This document shows, piece after piece, positions 52,669 through 63,520 of a stretch of DNA of 64,000 nt. The translations under genes were made by a program, and so were the position numbers. The stretch is from Callorhinchus milii (taxonomy: Eukaryota), in NCBI RefSeq assembly GCF_018977255.1, contig NW_024704743.1, positions 81,532,001-81,596,000 of the forward strand, read 5' to 3'. How positions within the stretch are numbered: the first letter of the stretch is position 1; each line of letters begins with the position of its first letter. The notes under the pieces were generated by a model. It made no database searches and was not told the origin of the DNA. It worked only from the letters and a program-made list of their open reading frames with translations.

Positions 52669-53627
52669 ACTTCAAAAAGATCACTCACACCGCTTCAGAT
52701 TGAAACACGTTTTTCATTCAGCTTCTATTGAGAGAGAGCGGAACAAGAAAAAAATAAGAAACAGAGTTTTTGATCACTTGCTTTCAAAAGAAAACAACTT
52801 GCATTCAATAGAAGCTGGTTCACAAATGTGTTTCAGTGTGAAGGATTATGAATGAGCTGTCTAAACTATCAATTGTAAACTTGCTGTGTACTGAATTTTA
52901 CATAACGTACACACACTATAGTTGCAAGATAAATTAAAAGCTGCAATCCAGAGAATAGATTCAGAGAATAATTAAAATGTTCCGAGTTCCACACCACCAG
53001 TTTATGTCAAGTGAACCTCTTGACTACATTCTCGTAACTCACACTAATGTCCCCAACACTCTATTTATTCAGAGTGCATGATTCCAGGATGGGCAACTCA
53101 TACATCAATCTGTCACCTAATTGGTTAGCAGTCCCAATGGTATTTCAATATTGATTTAAATTAACACTCAAAATTCAATCAAAAGACATGGACAACAAAA
53201 GAGCAGAATAGTTAATTGGTAGCAATGAGTTCTAAGTGTTCTTTAACTTTTAATCATTTGCTTTCAAAACAAAATATCAGTTCATATGGTGACCACAGAA
53301 AACCCTGCTCTATTGCTGAGAGCCAAGTATTAGCAACAATACCAATATGTTGCTGCAGGTATTTTTCCTCTGTTTACCGAGCAGTAAGTAGGAAACCTGT
53401 TGTTAGTCGATTGGTGGATCGCTTTCTGGGGGGAAAAATCCTTTTTTAAAAAAAATTGTCACTCACTCCTCGACTGTTTGTGGGAACTGCTGCGTGAAAT
53501 TGGCTTCCGTGTTTTACCCACAAAGTACACAGTCACTGCACTTTACAGTATTTTCTGTGAAGCGCTTTGAGATGTCTTGAAGATGTGATAAGACGTTATA
53601 TAAATTGCAAGGATTATCCTTTCTAAC

Positions 53628-54230
53628 CAACTATCCTTTCTAACCAACATCCGTGCCATGATGCACTCTGCCTTCCCCCACCTCCACAACATCGCCCGGC
53701 TCCGCCACAGTCTCACACTGCAGGCCGCTGAGACCCTTATACACGCATTCATAATATCCAGGCTCGACTACGGAAACTCCTTGCTTGTCGGTCTCCCCAA
53801 CTTCTCCCTCCATAGGCTGCAGATCATCCAGAACTCTGCAGCCCGTGTCCTCTCCCGCACCAGGCTCCACTGGCTTCCCATCACACAGAGGATACAGTTC
53901 AAGATCCTGGCCCTCACCTTCAAAGCCCTCCATGGTCTTGCTCCTCCCTATCGCTGCGAGCTCCTAACTCCCTACCATCCTCCCCATTCTCTCCGTTCAG
54001 CGGGCTCTGGTCTGCTTCACTTACCTCAACCGCTCCACCATTGGCGGGCAGGCCTTCTGCCACTCTGCCCCCACCCTCCAGAACTCCATCCCACAGTCCC
54101 TCTGCCTCGCCCCCTCTTTTGCCTCCTTCAACATCTGTCTCAAGACCCTCCTCTTCGACTGTGCCTTCGGTCACCCTCCTTCCCCCCCTGCCCTCCACCC
54201 TCCCCGATCCCGATCATCAGCTCGGATCCG
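53628..54230 (+). mobile_element. L2 LINE 3' fragment
   Basis: AAETLIHAFIISRLDYGNSLLVGLP...LHWLPITQRIQFKILALTFKALHGLAPPY. Confidence 0.9.
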
Positions 54231-54675
54231 AAATACTAATAAATTTTGTTTATTTTGTTCAATAAAAAACTGGAAACAAAACTTTGATTTAAAATGGTCA
54301 CCTAGACTAGTGCCAATGTTCAGTGGCCACCTCTTGATGGCCCCATGAGCTATGGTTGGCCACCACTGATCTAATAGCACAAATGAATCACTAAAACAAG
54401 TTTAATTTACTCATAAGGTCCTGCAGGTTCCATAAGAATAATTACAAAAGTTTAGGTTACTGTCTTACTCAAACCTACTGTTTGGACTTGTTCAGGGCAA
54501 TGATCATATGTTCACACTTTTAAAGTTCTTGTAACATTTCTTTTCACAACAACTAATCTTGATTTAGATGACATAAAAATGAATGCTTTTTTTTCACTGA
54601 AAATTCTTTAAAAAAATGAAGGCACTAGGTTTATCTAGTTACATACGGTCCAGGAAGATTTGCTGACTGACATAC

Positions 54676-54895
54676 CCTCCAGTAGCACTTCCTTTCCAGC
54701 TCTCTTGAGTACTTGCACTGCCTCGTCATGGGTTGCGTCCCTTAGGTCAGCTCCATTCACGGACAAGATCGCATCGCCCACGTACAGAGCCTCCGTCTGA
54801 TCAGCCGCCAGACCCTTGAAGATCTTCGAGATCAGGATCGGCATCTTGTTTTCTTTGCCTCCTTTGATGCTGATGCCCAGCCCCCCGACCTCTTG
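54676..54895 (-). CDS. SNTB1: Beta-1-syntrophin coding exon 2 (PDZ domain)
   Basis: [73 protein letters not shown] is a canonical syntrophin PDZ. Acceptor TTCTTCCTTCTTCTTCAAG|CAA; donor GAGG|GTATGT; 220 nt (73 codons + 1). Confidence 0.95.
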
Positions 54896-57800
54896 CTTGA
54901 AGAAGAAGGAAGAAACTGTTAATCACATTGAAATCAGTGAGCATCACACTTGAGCCCTCCCCAACAGCAAATCATTTATAATACTATGCATGGAAACACT
55001 GCACACCAACCCTGCTTTCTATATACATCGAATCCTAATGACCCTGATTGTTCAGTGCCTTGGGACGTCCTCCCGACGTGAAAGGCACTTTACAAATATA
55101 ATTTAGTATTGTATTGCTCAATTCCTCACCTTGTTCAAGGTCCATCTCAAGTCCCTTACCTCTTACTTCTTTGAAGGTCCTTTTTGATTATCTTTCCCCT
55201 ACTTAACCACCTCGGCTCCCACTCCTAGCTCGAGTGCCAAGCAATGATTATTAAGAAGCCTTGGGACTTCCTCCCGACATGAAAGGCGCTAGATCAATGT
55301 AAGATTGTACTTTTCCCTTTCTCATTTCCAAAAGACATTTGTTGCTTTGAGATATCCTCCTGGTGTCAAAGGCACTACATAAACATAAGTTATATTGTTT
55401 TGTCTCCATGCAGTTGGGAGATGTGCAGTTTTCATTGTTGGCTTGTAGGCTAATTCAGCACTACTCTACAATTGGAGCAAGGAAGGCTGACTGCGGGATT
55501 GAAATAGCACTCATCAGGAAAACAGTGTAATTGGTGCCTTACACTGGACAAAACACTTTAGGACATAAAGTGTGTCTCCCTCAGGGAACCCCATACATGC
55601 TCCGCTGGCTTGCAAAAATCCAGCTCCAAAGTAATCTTAAATTGGATCTGCATTCTATTTGGAGTAATGCACTTTATGGCATAGGCATACTTTCGGCCAC
55701 ACAACTCTTTTTCCAATGTGAAGCACCATTTATGGTGCCCTTTCCCAACCAGCAGTTTTCTATCCCTGTCAGTTTTTTTCTTGCTTCCTCCAGTGTTACC
55801 TGCCACAAGGAGAGGTGGTGAAAATTATGAATGTTATTTCCATTTCAAAAATGGGCAGTTGTACTTGTAATGTCCTCTTTGTCAATCCCAAATCCTGCAG
55901 CTAAAGGTTAGAATTGAGTAGCTGGGATTGCTAAAAGAATGTGATTTTGACCAGTTCCCTTGCTTGTATTCTTTAACGTTCAAGCTATTTTATTATCATG
56001 GAATGCAATTTCTAAATGACGCAAATAACACTGAACTGTACAGTAATTCAAAGAGAGTACCAATTCTTGTATATGTAAAACTATCAAAACTGACATTGTT
56101 ATAGAGTAAAGAGTGGAGATCAGATTTTTTCTTTTTTAATTCTTGCCAGATTCATCTGAAAAAAATTAAATCAGATTGTGGTCATGTAGGATCAGAGGCA
56201 AATCTCAAATTTCTGAAACCATTTAAGGAAAAAACACTTGATGTCACTAGATCTACTGCACAACACTAGTACATTGCTGGATGTCCATCAAGAGCAGTTA
56301 GCCAAGTTAGTAAATGATCCAGTCTCTTTTGCTCATAGTCCGCACCTTAATATAAAATGAAATTAAATTGGTTTGAATATTTTATATTCATAGAAGTAAA
56401 TCTCAAGTGAAGAAATTTATCTTGTACTACACCACGTAATGGTGTATTAAAGTATTCAAATAATAATATAATAATCCTCACATTTGTTACAGCGCCTTAC
56501 ATGTCAGGAAGATGTTTCAAAGTACTTCACAGAATTTATGGTATAATGTAATGATTTGTGTATTTTGTAAGCAAACATAATTTACAAAGAGATATTTCAG
56601 GAAATAATACATTTCCCATACTGCTCATTAATTCAGTGAAGATGGCTATTATCTTTACTGCCCTAGACATGTCATAACATTCAGGCAATGTAGTACGTCA
56701 AGATGAAACCTCTCTCCCAATCACACCATCTATTTGTACCTGTGCGGTGATAATCATAGACCATGCCTTACTGTTATTAATTACAGTAACAGAAAATAAA
56801 TTAAAGCAGCTTCCCTTTTGTGCATGGGTGTATAGTTGGATACACTTCTAACACAACTTAGCAAAATGTTGGACTCGAAACCTAAAATCTCCCAATCCTT
56901 GTCTCACATCACATCCGATTCTGTGATTATGTAGTGCTCTGAGACTTATCCTATAGGAAGGATACTTTTTTTTGTCAGCTGGGTGTCTGATACATGCGGA
57001 AACCCATTACCAAACCAAACCAAACTGAGAATCGCATGCACCCACCAACACATGGAATTCCAGAAATGGGCTGAATTATCTCACAGTCCCATCGCTGGAA
57101 GCCTCCATCACTTGGCAATAGGAGGTGGCAGACCATTCTCATCTACACCTAGAGCTCTAGCTCCTTGTGGATAATTGGCCCACAGCATTACTGTGAACTA
57201 CTGAAGAAATTCACAGTACTGTGAATTCACCAACTCTCTCCTCCCACACCTCACCCATTAGGAAAGATGAAACATGGTTAAAAAAAGGAGATATCAGCAG
57301 AGGACCTGGAATTCTAACTGAGTGGTCCTTGCTATGAGTAAATTTTGCTTCTCAGTAAATACACTAAGTAATTCAGTTTACTGCTTAATCAGTGATGCTT
57401 GATTTGTGCTGCCCTCATCACCGCAATAATTTGCAGCGATGCCCCAGCACTGTAAAATGCTTTCAATTGGTGTTTCTGAAAATGCCATGTTCCTATGACA
57501 ATGAAAAGTTTAAATCCAGAAATAAACAAATCCGTCTTGTTCTGCACTGTGTAACACTTGTGTTACAGTTTTCGATATAGTGTGTCCAGTACCTTCTTTT
57601 ACTTCAACTATCTAAAAGTTGTTCCTGAAGCCAGATCATCACGATACAGAATTTGTACCCATTTTATGCTGTACCCGATACGCTTTATACTCTTACAGAT
57701 TCCTTATGTGTAATAATGTATAATAATGCAGGGTTGGAGAGGTTATCCACAAGTCACTGAAAACACAGTCCAGCCGGGGCCTCAGCAAATACAGAGTACA

Positions 57801-60800
57801 ATTTAACTTCAAGTGTAAGATCAATTAGCAAAAGTCACCTTGCTTTAAATGTCCCACTGCACTGTGCTTAAGGAGTAAATGGCTCAATCTAAACTCTTAG
57901 TACTTTGCTTTGGAGACTCTTAAGCATGGTGCTGGTATCCACTTGTGTCACGAATCCTGCTGACAAAATATAAAAGCTGTCCACTCGACTGAAAGATCTA
58001 GGACTGGTTCTGAACATGGCTTCAGTTCCATGGCACAGATGAGTGATCAGGATCACCGGTCTGAATTGTCTCTAGTGTCTCTTTACATTTCCAAGCTTAA
58101 ATTGGAACTATTCCTGCTTGCTTCTGCCATGCTCCTGCAACTTATTTCTGGGACGAGGGTCCTCTATGCCTCCTTGTCCTTTCTATTGTCTTTGGCATTG
58201 TCGACCACTCGATCACCCTTTGCTTCATACTGGATTCCAGGTCCAATGATATTCTAACCGCTTCCCTGTCAGACATCGCCCTGATGAGCCTTTACTTTCT
58301 TCAGCACAATCTGGAGCTCCCTTCCAAAATCCCTCCTCGTCACACCTTTCTATCTGCCTAAAAGGCCTCCTGGAAAACTAACTCTACAACAACTTGAATT
58401 TATTTAGCGCTCTTCACACCAGGCGGCATCTCGGAGCGCTTATTCTACACTGTACCTCTGGTTTATCAAGCAGTGAAGATAATGTCTTGTATCTTTATCT
58501 GGATCTCAATCTGTAGCTCAATATTTCTGACACTAACATGCCTAAAACATTTTCATTATTAGAATTTTATGACAACTACAATAACTTCATTTCCTTCCAC
58601 ATTTTGTTGAAGTTAAGCGCAGAAATGACTAAGGGCCACCAAATAATGTAACAGTCAATAAAAGTACTAAAGAGGAAGCCACTTAATCCTCGAGATCTGC
58701 AGCAGCTAGTGGTCTCAAAAACTGGAAACATGTGATAGTACATAACTTTTGTTAATCAATTGGCAGATTGCTTTCTGGGGTTAATCTCTTCCCTCCCCCC
58801 CCCATCCCAAAAAATAGTTACTCAATCCACAACTGTTTGTGGGACACTGCTATGTGCAATTGGATGCCACGTATCGCCCACAAAATACAGTCAATTTACT
58901 TTACAGCATATTCTGTGAAGTACTTTGAGACCTCTCAACAACGTGATAAGGCACTATATGAAATGTAAGGATTATTATTATTACATACATGCCATGTTAA
59001 AATGTGGTTGTGTGTCCGCATTCAGCAAGCTGCATTTTAAAAGCAATGAAAGCATTTAGTACCCAAAGGGTTAAACACTACTTGTGAAGATCGACTGGTA
59101 TTCATTTACATGTGTGCTAACCATGCCCTCTTGGCGACAAAGTGCAACAAGATTAATCATTGTCACGTAAATAATAAAAGCCCAGAGAGGCACAACTCAT
59201 TAATAAGAAAAACGAAGAAAAGATCGCAAGAATGAAGCTTAAAGTGTGTTTTTTTTCCCTTCCGGATGCTAGCAATTGTCAAAACAGGACTTGAGAAGAG
59301 AACCACAAATGCTTCCCACGTAGCTGAAAGTGGAAAGCCTTGAATCGTCTAAATTTTCCGTCTGCCCCTGCAGAGAATGTGGAATAACTACGTCATGTGA
59401 GGTTTGAAACTTCCACATCAGATGTAATCTTAACAGAAAATATACATAAATATACTGTACAAGTGAGCATGTGGAAGCCTGGGCTCAACTATTGCAAACA
59501 ACCTGCGTGCCCTGTTCTGAGTGCAAATGCTGAACTTGAACATCAGGATGAGTTGAAAGATTGAAATGACCAGTGAAAGCTGAATACAGAAAGGAAACGT
59601 AGGGATCAGAGAAAGACTAAACATATCTATCTGCACGCTGATAACTATTAGCTTTGTAGTCACTGAGTTGTCTCCGAAACAGTACACAAAAGTGGAAGAG
59701 AGAAGCAATAACTGTGAGTGAGTGACAGTGAGTAACAGTGAGAGTGAGTGACAGTGAGAGTGAGTGAGTAACATTGAGTGACAGTGAGTGTGTGTGAGTG
59801 AGTGAGTGAGAGTGAATGAGTGAGTGAGTGTGTGAGTGAATGAGTGAGTGACAGTGAGTGACAGTGAGTGACAGTGAGTGACAGTGAGTGACAGTGAGTG
59901 ACAGTGAGTGACAGTGAGTGAGTGACAGCAAGTGAGTGACAATGAGCGAGTGACAGTGAGTGAGTGAGTGAGTGAGTGACAGTGAGTGAGATAGTGAGAT
60001 AGTGAGATAGTGAGTGAGTGACAGTGAGTGAGTGACAGTGAGTGAGTGACAGTGAATGAGTGACAGCGAGTGAGTGACAATGAGCGAGTGACACTGAGTG
60101 AGTGAGTGAGTGAGTGAGCTAGTGAGTGAGTGAGCTAGTGAGTGAGTGAGTGACAGTGAGTGAGTGACAGTGAGTGAATGACAATGAGCGAGTGACAGTG
60201 AGTGAGATAGAGTGAGTGAGTGAGATAGTGAGTGAGATAGAGAGTGAGTGAGTGAGATAATGAGTGAGATAGAGAGTGAGTGAGTGAGATAGTGAGTGAG
60301 TGTGTGAGTGAGTGAATGAGTGAGTGAGACAGTGAGTGAGACAGTGAGTGAGTGAGTGAGTGAGTGAGTGAGACAGTGAGTGAGTGAGTGAGTGAGTGAG
60401 ACAGTGAGTGAGTGAGTGAGTGAGTGCGACAGTGAGTGAGTGAGTGAGACAGTGAGTGAGTGAGACAGTGAGTGAGTGAGTGAGTGAGACAGTGAGTGAG
60501 TGAGTGAGTGAGTGAGACAGTGAGTGAGTGAGTGAGTGAGTGAGTGAGTGAGTGAGTGAGTGAGTGAGTGAGTGAGTGAGTGAGTGAGAGACAGTGAGTG
60601 AGTGAGACAGTGAGTGAGTGAGTGAGTGAGTGAGTGACAGTGAGTGAGTGAGATAGTGAGATAGTGAGTGACAGTGAGTGAGTGACAGTGAGTGAGTGAC
60701 AGTGAGTGACAGTGAATGAGTGACAGCGAGTGAGTGACAATGAGCGAGTGACACTGAGTGAGTGAGTGAGTGAGCTAGTGAGTGAGTGAGTGACAGTGAG

Positions 60801-62523
60801 TGAGTGACAGTGAGTGAATGACAATGAGCGAGTGACAGTGAGTGAGATAGAGTGAGTGAGTGAGATAGTGAGTGAGGTAGAGTGAGTGAGTGAGTGAGAT
60901 AATGAGTGAGAGAGTGAGTGAGTGAGATAGTGAGTGAGTGTGTGAGTGAGTGAATGAGTGAGTGAGACAGTGAGTGAGACAGTGAGTGAGTGAGTGAGTG
61001 AGTGAGACAGTGAGTGAGTGAGTGAGTGAGTGAGTGAGACAGTGAGTGAGTGAGTGAGTGAGTGAGTGAGTGAGTGCGACAGTGAGTGAGTGAGTGAGAC
61101 AGTGAGTGAGTGAGTGAGTGAGTGAGTGAGTGAGTGAGACAGTGAGTGAGTGAGTGAGTGCGACAGTGAGTGAGTGAGACAGTGAGTGAGTGAGACAGTG
61201 AGTGAGTGAGTGAGACAGTGAGTGAGTGAGTGAGACAGTGAGTGAGTGAGTGAGTGAGAGACAGTGAGTGAGTGAGACAGTGAGTGAGTGAGTGAGTGGG
61301 TCAGTCAGTGAGTGAGACAGTGAGTGAGACAGTGAGTGAGTGAGTCAGTGAGTGAGTGAGACAGTGAGTGAGTGAGATAGTGAGTGAGTGAGTGAGTGAG
61401 TGAGTGAGTGAGTGAGTGAGTGAGTGGGTCAGTCAGTGAGTGAGACAGTGAGTGAGACAGTGAGTGAGTGAGTCAGTGAGTGAGTGAGACAGTGAGTGAG
61501 TGAGTGAGTGAGATAGTGAGTGAGTGAGTGAGTGAGTGAGTGAGTGAGTGAGACAGTGAGTGAGTGAGACAGTGAGTGAGTGAGTCAGTGAGTGAGTCAG
61601 TCAGTGAGTGAGTGAGACAGTGAGTGAGTGAGTGAGTGAGTGAGACAGTGAGTGAGACAGTGAGTGAGTGAGTGAGTGAGTGAGTGAGTGAGAGAGTGAG
61701 ACAGTGAGTGAGTGAGTGAGTGAGTGAGTGAGTGAGTGAGACAGTTAGTGAGACAGTGAGTGAGTGAGTGAGTGAGTGAGTGAGACAGTTAGTGAGACAG
61801 TGAGTGAGTGAGTGAGTGAGTGAGTGAGTGAGTGAGTGAGTGAGTGAGTGAGTGAGTGAGTGAGTGAGTGAGTGAGACAGTGAGACAGTGAGACAGTGAG
61901 ACAGTGAGACAGTGAGACAGTCAGTGAGTGAGTGAAACAGTGAGTGGGTGAGACAGTGAGTGAGTGAGTGAGACAGTGAGTGAGTGAGTGAGACAGTTAG
62001 TGAGACAGTGAGTGAGTGAGTGAGTGAGTGAGTGAGTGAGACAGTTAGTGAGACAGTGAGTGAGTGAGTGAGTGAGTGAGTGAGTGAGTGAGTGAGACAG
62101 TGAGACAGTGAGACAGTGAGTGAGACAGTGAGTGAGTGAGACAGTGAGTGAGACAGTGAGTGGGTGAGACAGTGAGTGAGTGAGATAGTGAGTGAGACAG
62201 TGAGTGAGACAGTGAGTGAGTGAGACAGTGAGTGAGTGAGTGAGTGAGTGAGTGAGACAGTGAGTGAGTGAGTGAGTGAGTGAGTGAGTGAGACAGTGAG
62301 TGAGACAGTGAGTGAGTGAGACAGTGAGTGAGTGAGACAGTGAGTGAGTGAGTGAGTGAGTGAGTGAGTGAGTGAGTGAGTGAGTGAGTGAGTGAGTGAG
62401 TGAGTGAGTGAGTGAGTGAGTGAGTGAGTGAGTGAGTGAGTGAGTGAGTGAGTGAGTGAGTGAGTGAGTGAGTGAGTGAGTGAGTGAGTGAGTGAGTGAG
62501 TGAGTGAGTGAGTGAGGCTGTAC
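54896..62523 (-). other. SNTB1: SNTB1 intron, 7,628 bp, phase 0, GT-AG
   Basis: GTACAG donor; branch-point-like GATTAAC about 23 nt upstream of the AAG acceptor, then a pyrimidine tract; in-frame join VVK|QEV restores the PDZ. Confidence 0.88.
59713..62515. repeat. Complex (TGAG)n/(TCAC)n tetranucleotide array of about 2.8 kb with GACAG/GATAG variant units
   Basis: Directly visible; source of the long SLTH-repeat pseudo-ORFs. Confidence 0.98.
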
Positions 62524-62898
62524 CTTGACGACCCTGACGTTCCGCTTCTTGTTGCTGATGGCATCGGGGATGTGGTCGCACGGCTCAGCCGAGGCATTGC
62601 GGGGAGAGGCGGCGGCGGAGGCGGAGGCGGCTGCTCGGGGGCTTCGGGACCCGACCCCCTGTGGGCTGCGGGAGGCGGCTCCCGGGGCGGGAGCGGGAGC
62701 GGCTGCGGCTGCGGGTGCGGCTGCGGCTCGGGGCGTCTGAGCTCCGTTGCTCAGCCCGTTCCAGCTCGGGGTGTCCGCGCACTGGTCGCAGCTGAGCACC
62801 AGGCTGTCCTCGGTCAGGGTGGCCAGCACCCGGTGCCAGCCCTCCCTCACCCACACCTCCAGCAGCCCACTCCTCTGCACCCTGCCCGCTAACGCCAT
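62524..62898 (-). CDS. SNTB1: Beta-1-syntrophin coding exon 1 (125 codons: N-terminal half of split PH1 domain, Ala/Pro-rich linker, first PDZ strand)
   Basis: Translation MALAGRVQRSGLLEVWVREGWHRVLATLTEDSLVLS...HIPDAISNKKRNVRVVK resembles recalled SNTB1 (RAQRSGLLEVLVRDRWHKVL...VPESISNQKRGVKVLK). ATG in strong Kozak context (AAGATGG); donor AAG|GTACAG at 62523; 375 nt, phase 0. Confidence 0.93.
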
Positions 62899-62962
62899 CT
62901 TTGTCGCATTCTTAGAATACCTTGCGATAAACAGCCCAGGGTGGAGGGAAGTCAGGCACCGA

Positions 62963-63180
62963 CAGAGAGAGAGAGAGAGAGAGACACACACACACAGAGA
63001 GAGAGAGAGAGAGTTAGAGACACACACACACACAGAGAGAGAGAGTTAGAGACACACACACACAGAGAGAGAGAGAGAGTTAGAGACACACACACACACA
63101 CAGAGAGAGAGAGTTAGAGACACACACACACACAGAGAGAGAGAGAGTTAGAGACACACACACACACACAGAGAGAGAGA
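62963..63180. repeat. Compound (GA)n-GTTA-GAGA-(CA)n minisatellite, unit about 30-34 bp
   Basis: GAGAGTTAGAGACACACACACACA recurs five times just upstream of the start codon. Confidence 0.92.
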
Positions 63181-63476
63181 GGGCTGTAATTATTTCTCTC
63201 TCACTCTCTCACTCACTCACTCCTTCTCTCTCTCTCACACACACACTCACACACTCCTCCTCCCGCCGCCGCCGCCGACTAATCCTTCTGCTCGGATGAT
63301 GTTCTGGGTGGAGCGAGAGCCCAGTGGAGTGGAGCAGCCGAAGCTATTCCCCCCCCACACACCCCCACACCCTCCACCCCGGGGGGGAGGGGGCGCTGGA
63401 GCTCACACTACAGCCCTTTTACTCTCACTTCTCTCTCGAAAAGTTTGGGGCTCGGGCTGCGATCTGGAGTTGTCCT

Positions 63477-63516
<40 letters not shown>

Positions 63517-63520
63517 TGTG
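63477..63520. repeat. (TG)n microsatellite
   Basis: Directly visible. Confidence 0.95.

Larger units (their letters stand above)
1776..54675 (-). other. SNTB1: SNTB1 intron, 52,900 bp, phase 1, GT-AG
   Basis: GTATGT donor and TTTTAG acceptor; join LLE-G|TG-K gives LLEVKY with no syntrophin sequence missing. Confidence 0.9.

Noticed and set aside
54914..54920. Upstream CAG as the exon-2 acceptor
   Set aside because: It lies 20 nt upstream, would shift the frame, and sits immediately after the likely branch point and before the pyrimidine tract.
59430..62597. Long ORFs of 100-374 aa rich in SLTH/HSLT
   Set aside because: Translations of the (TCAC)n array, which lacks stops on that strand; the real exon ends at the donor at 62523.
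1550..62898. Assignment as SNTA1 or SNTB2
   Set aside because: Exon-3 motifs (YMREATPY, GWET.PPESPRLG, SIPLKMCYVTR) and the N-terminal QRSGLLEV fit recalled SNTB1 better; synteny is not visible in the window.
62899..63033. N-terminal extension of the 370-aa ORF (MCVCVSNSLS...)
   Set aside because: Starts at a non-ATG codon inside dinucleotide repeats; syntrophin similarity and Kozak context begin at 62898.
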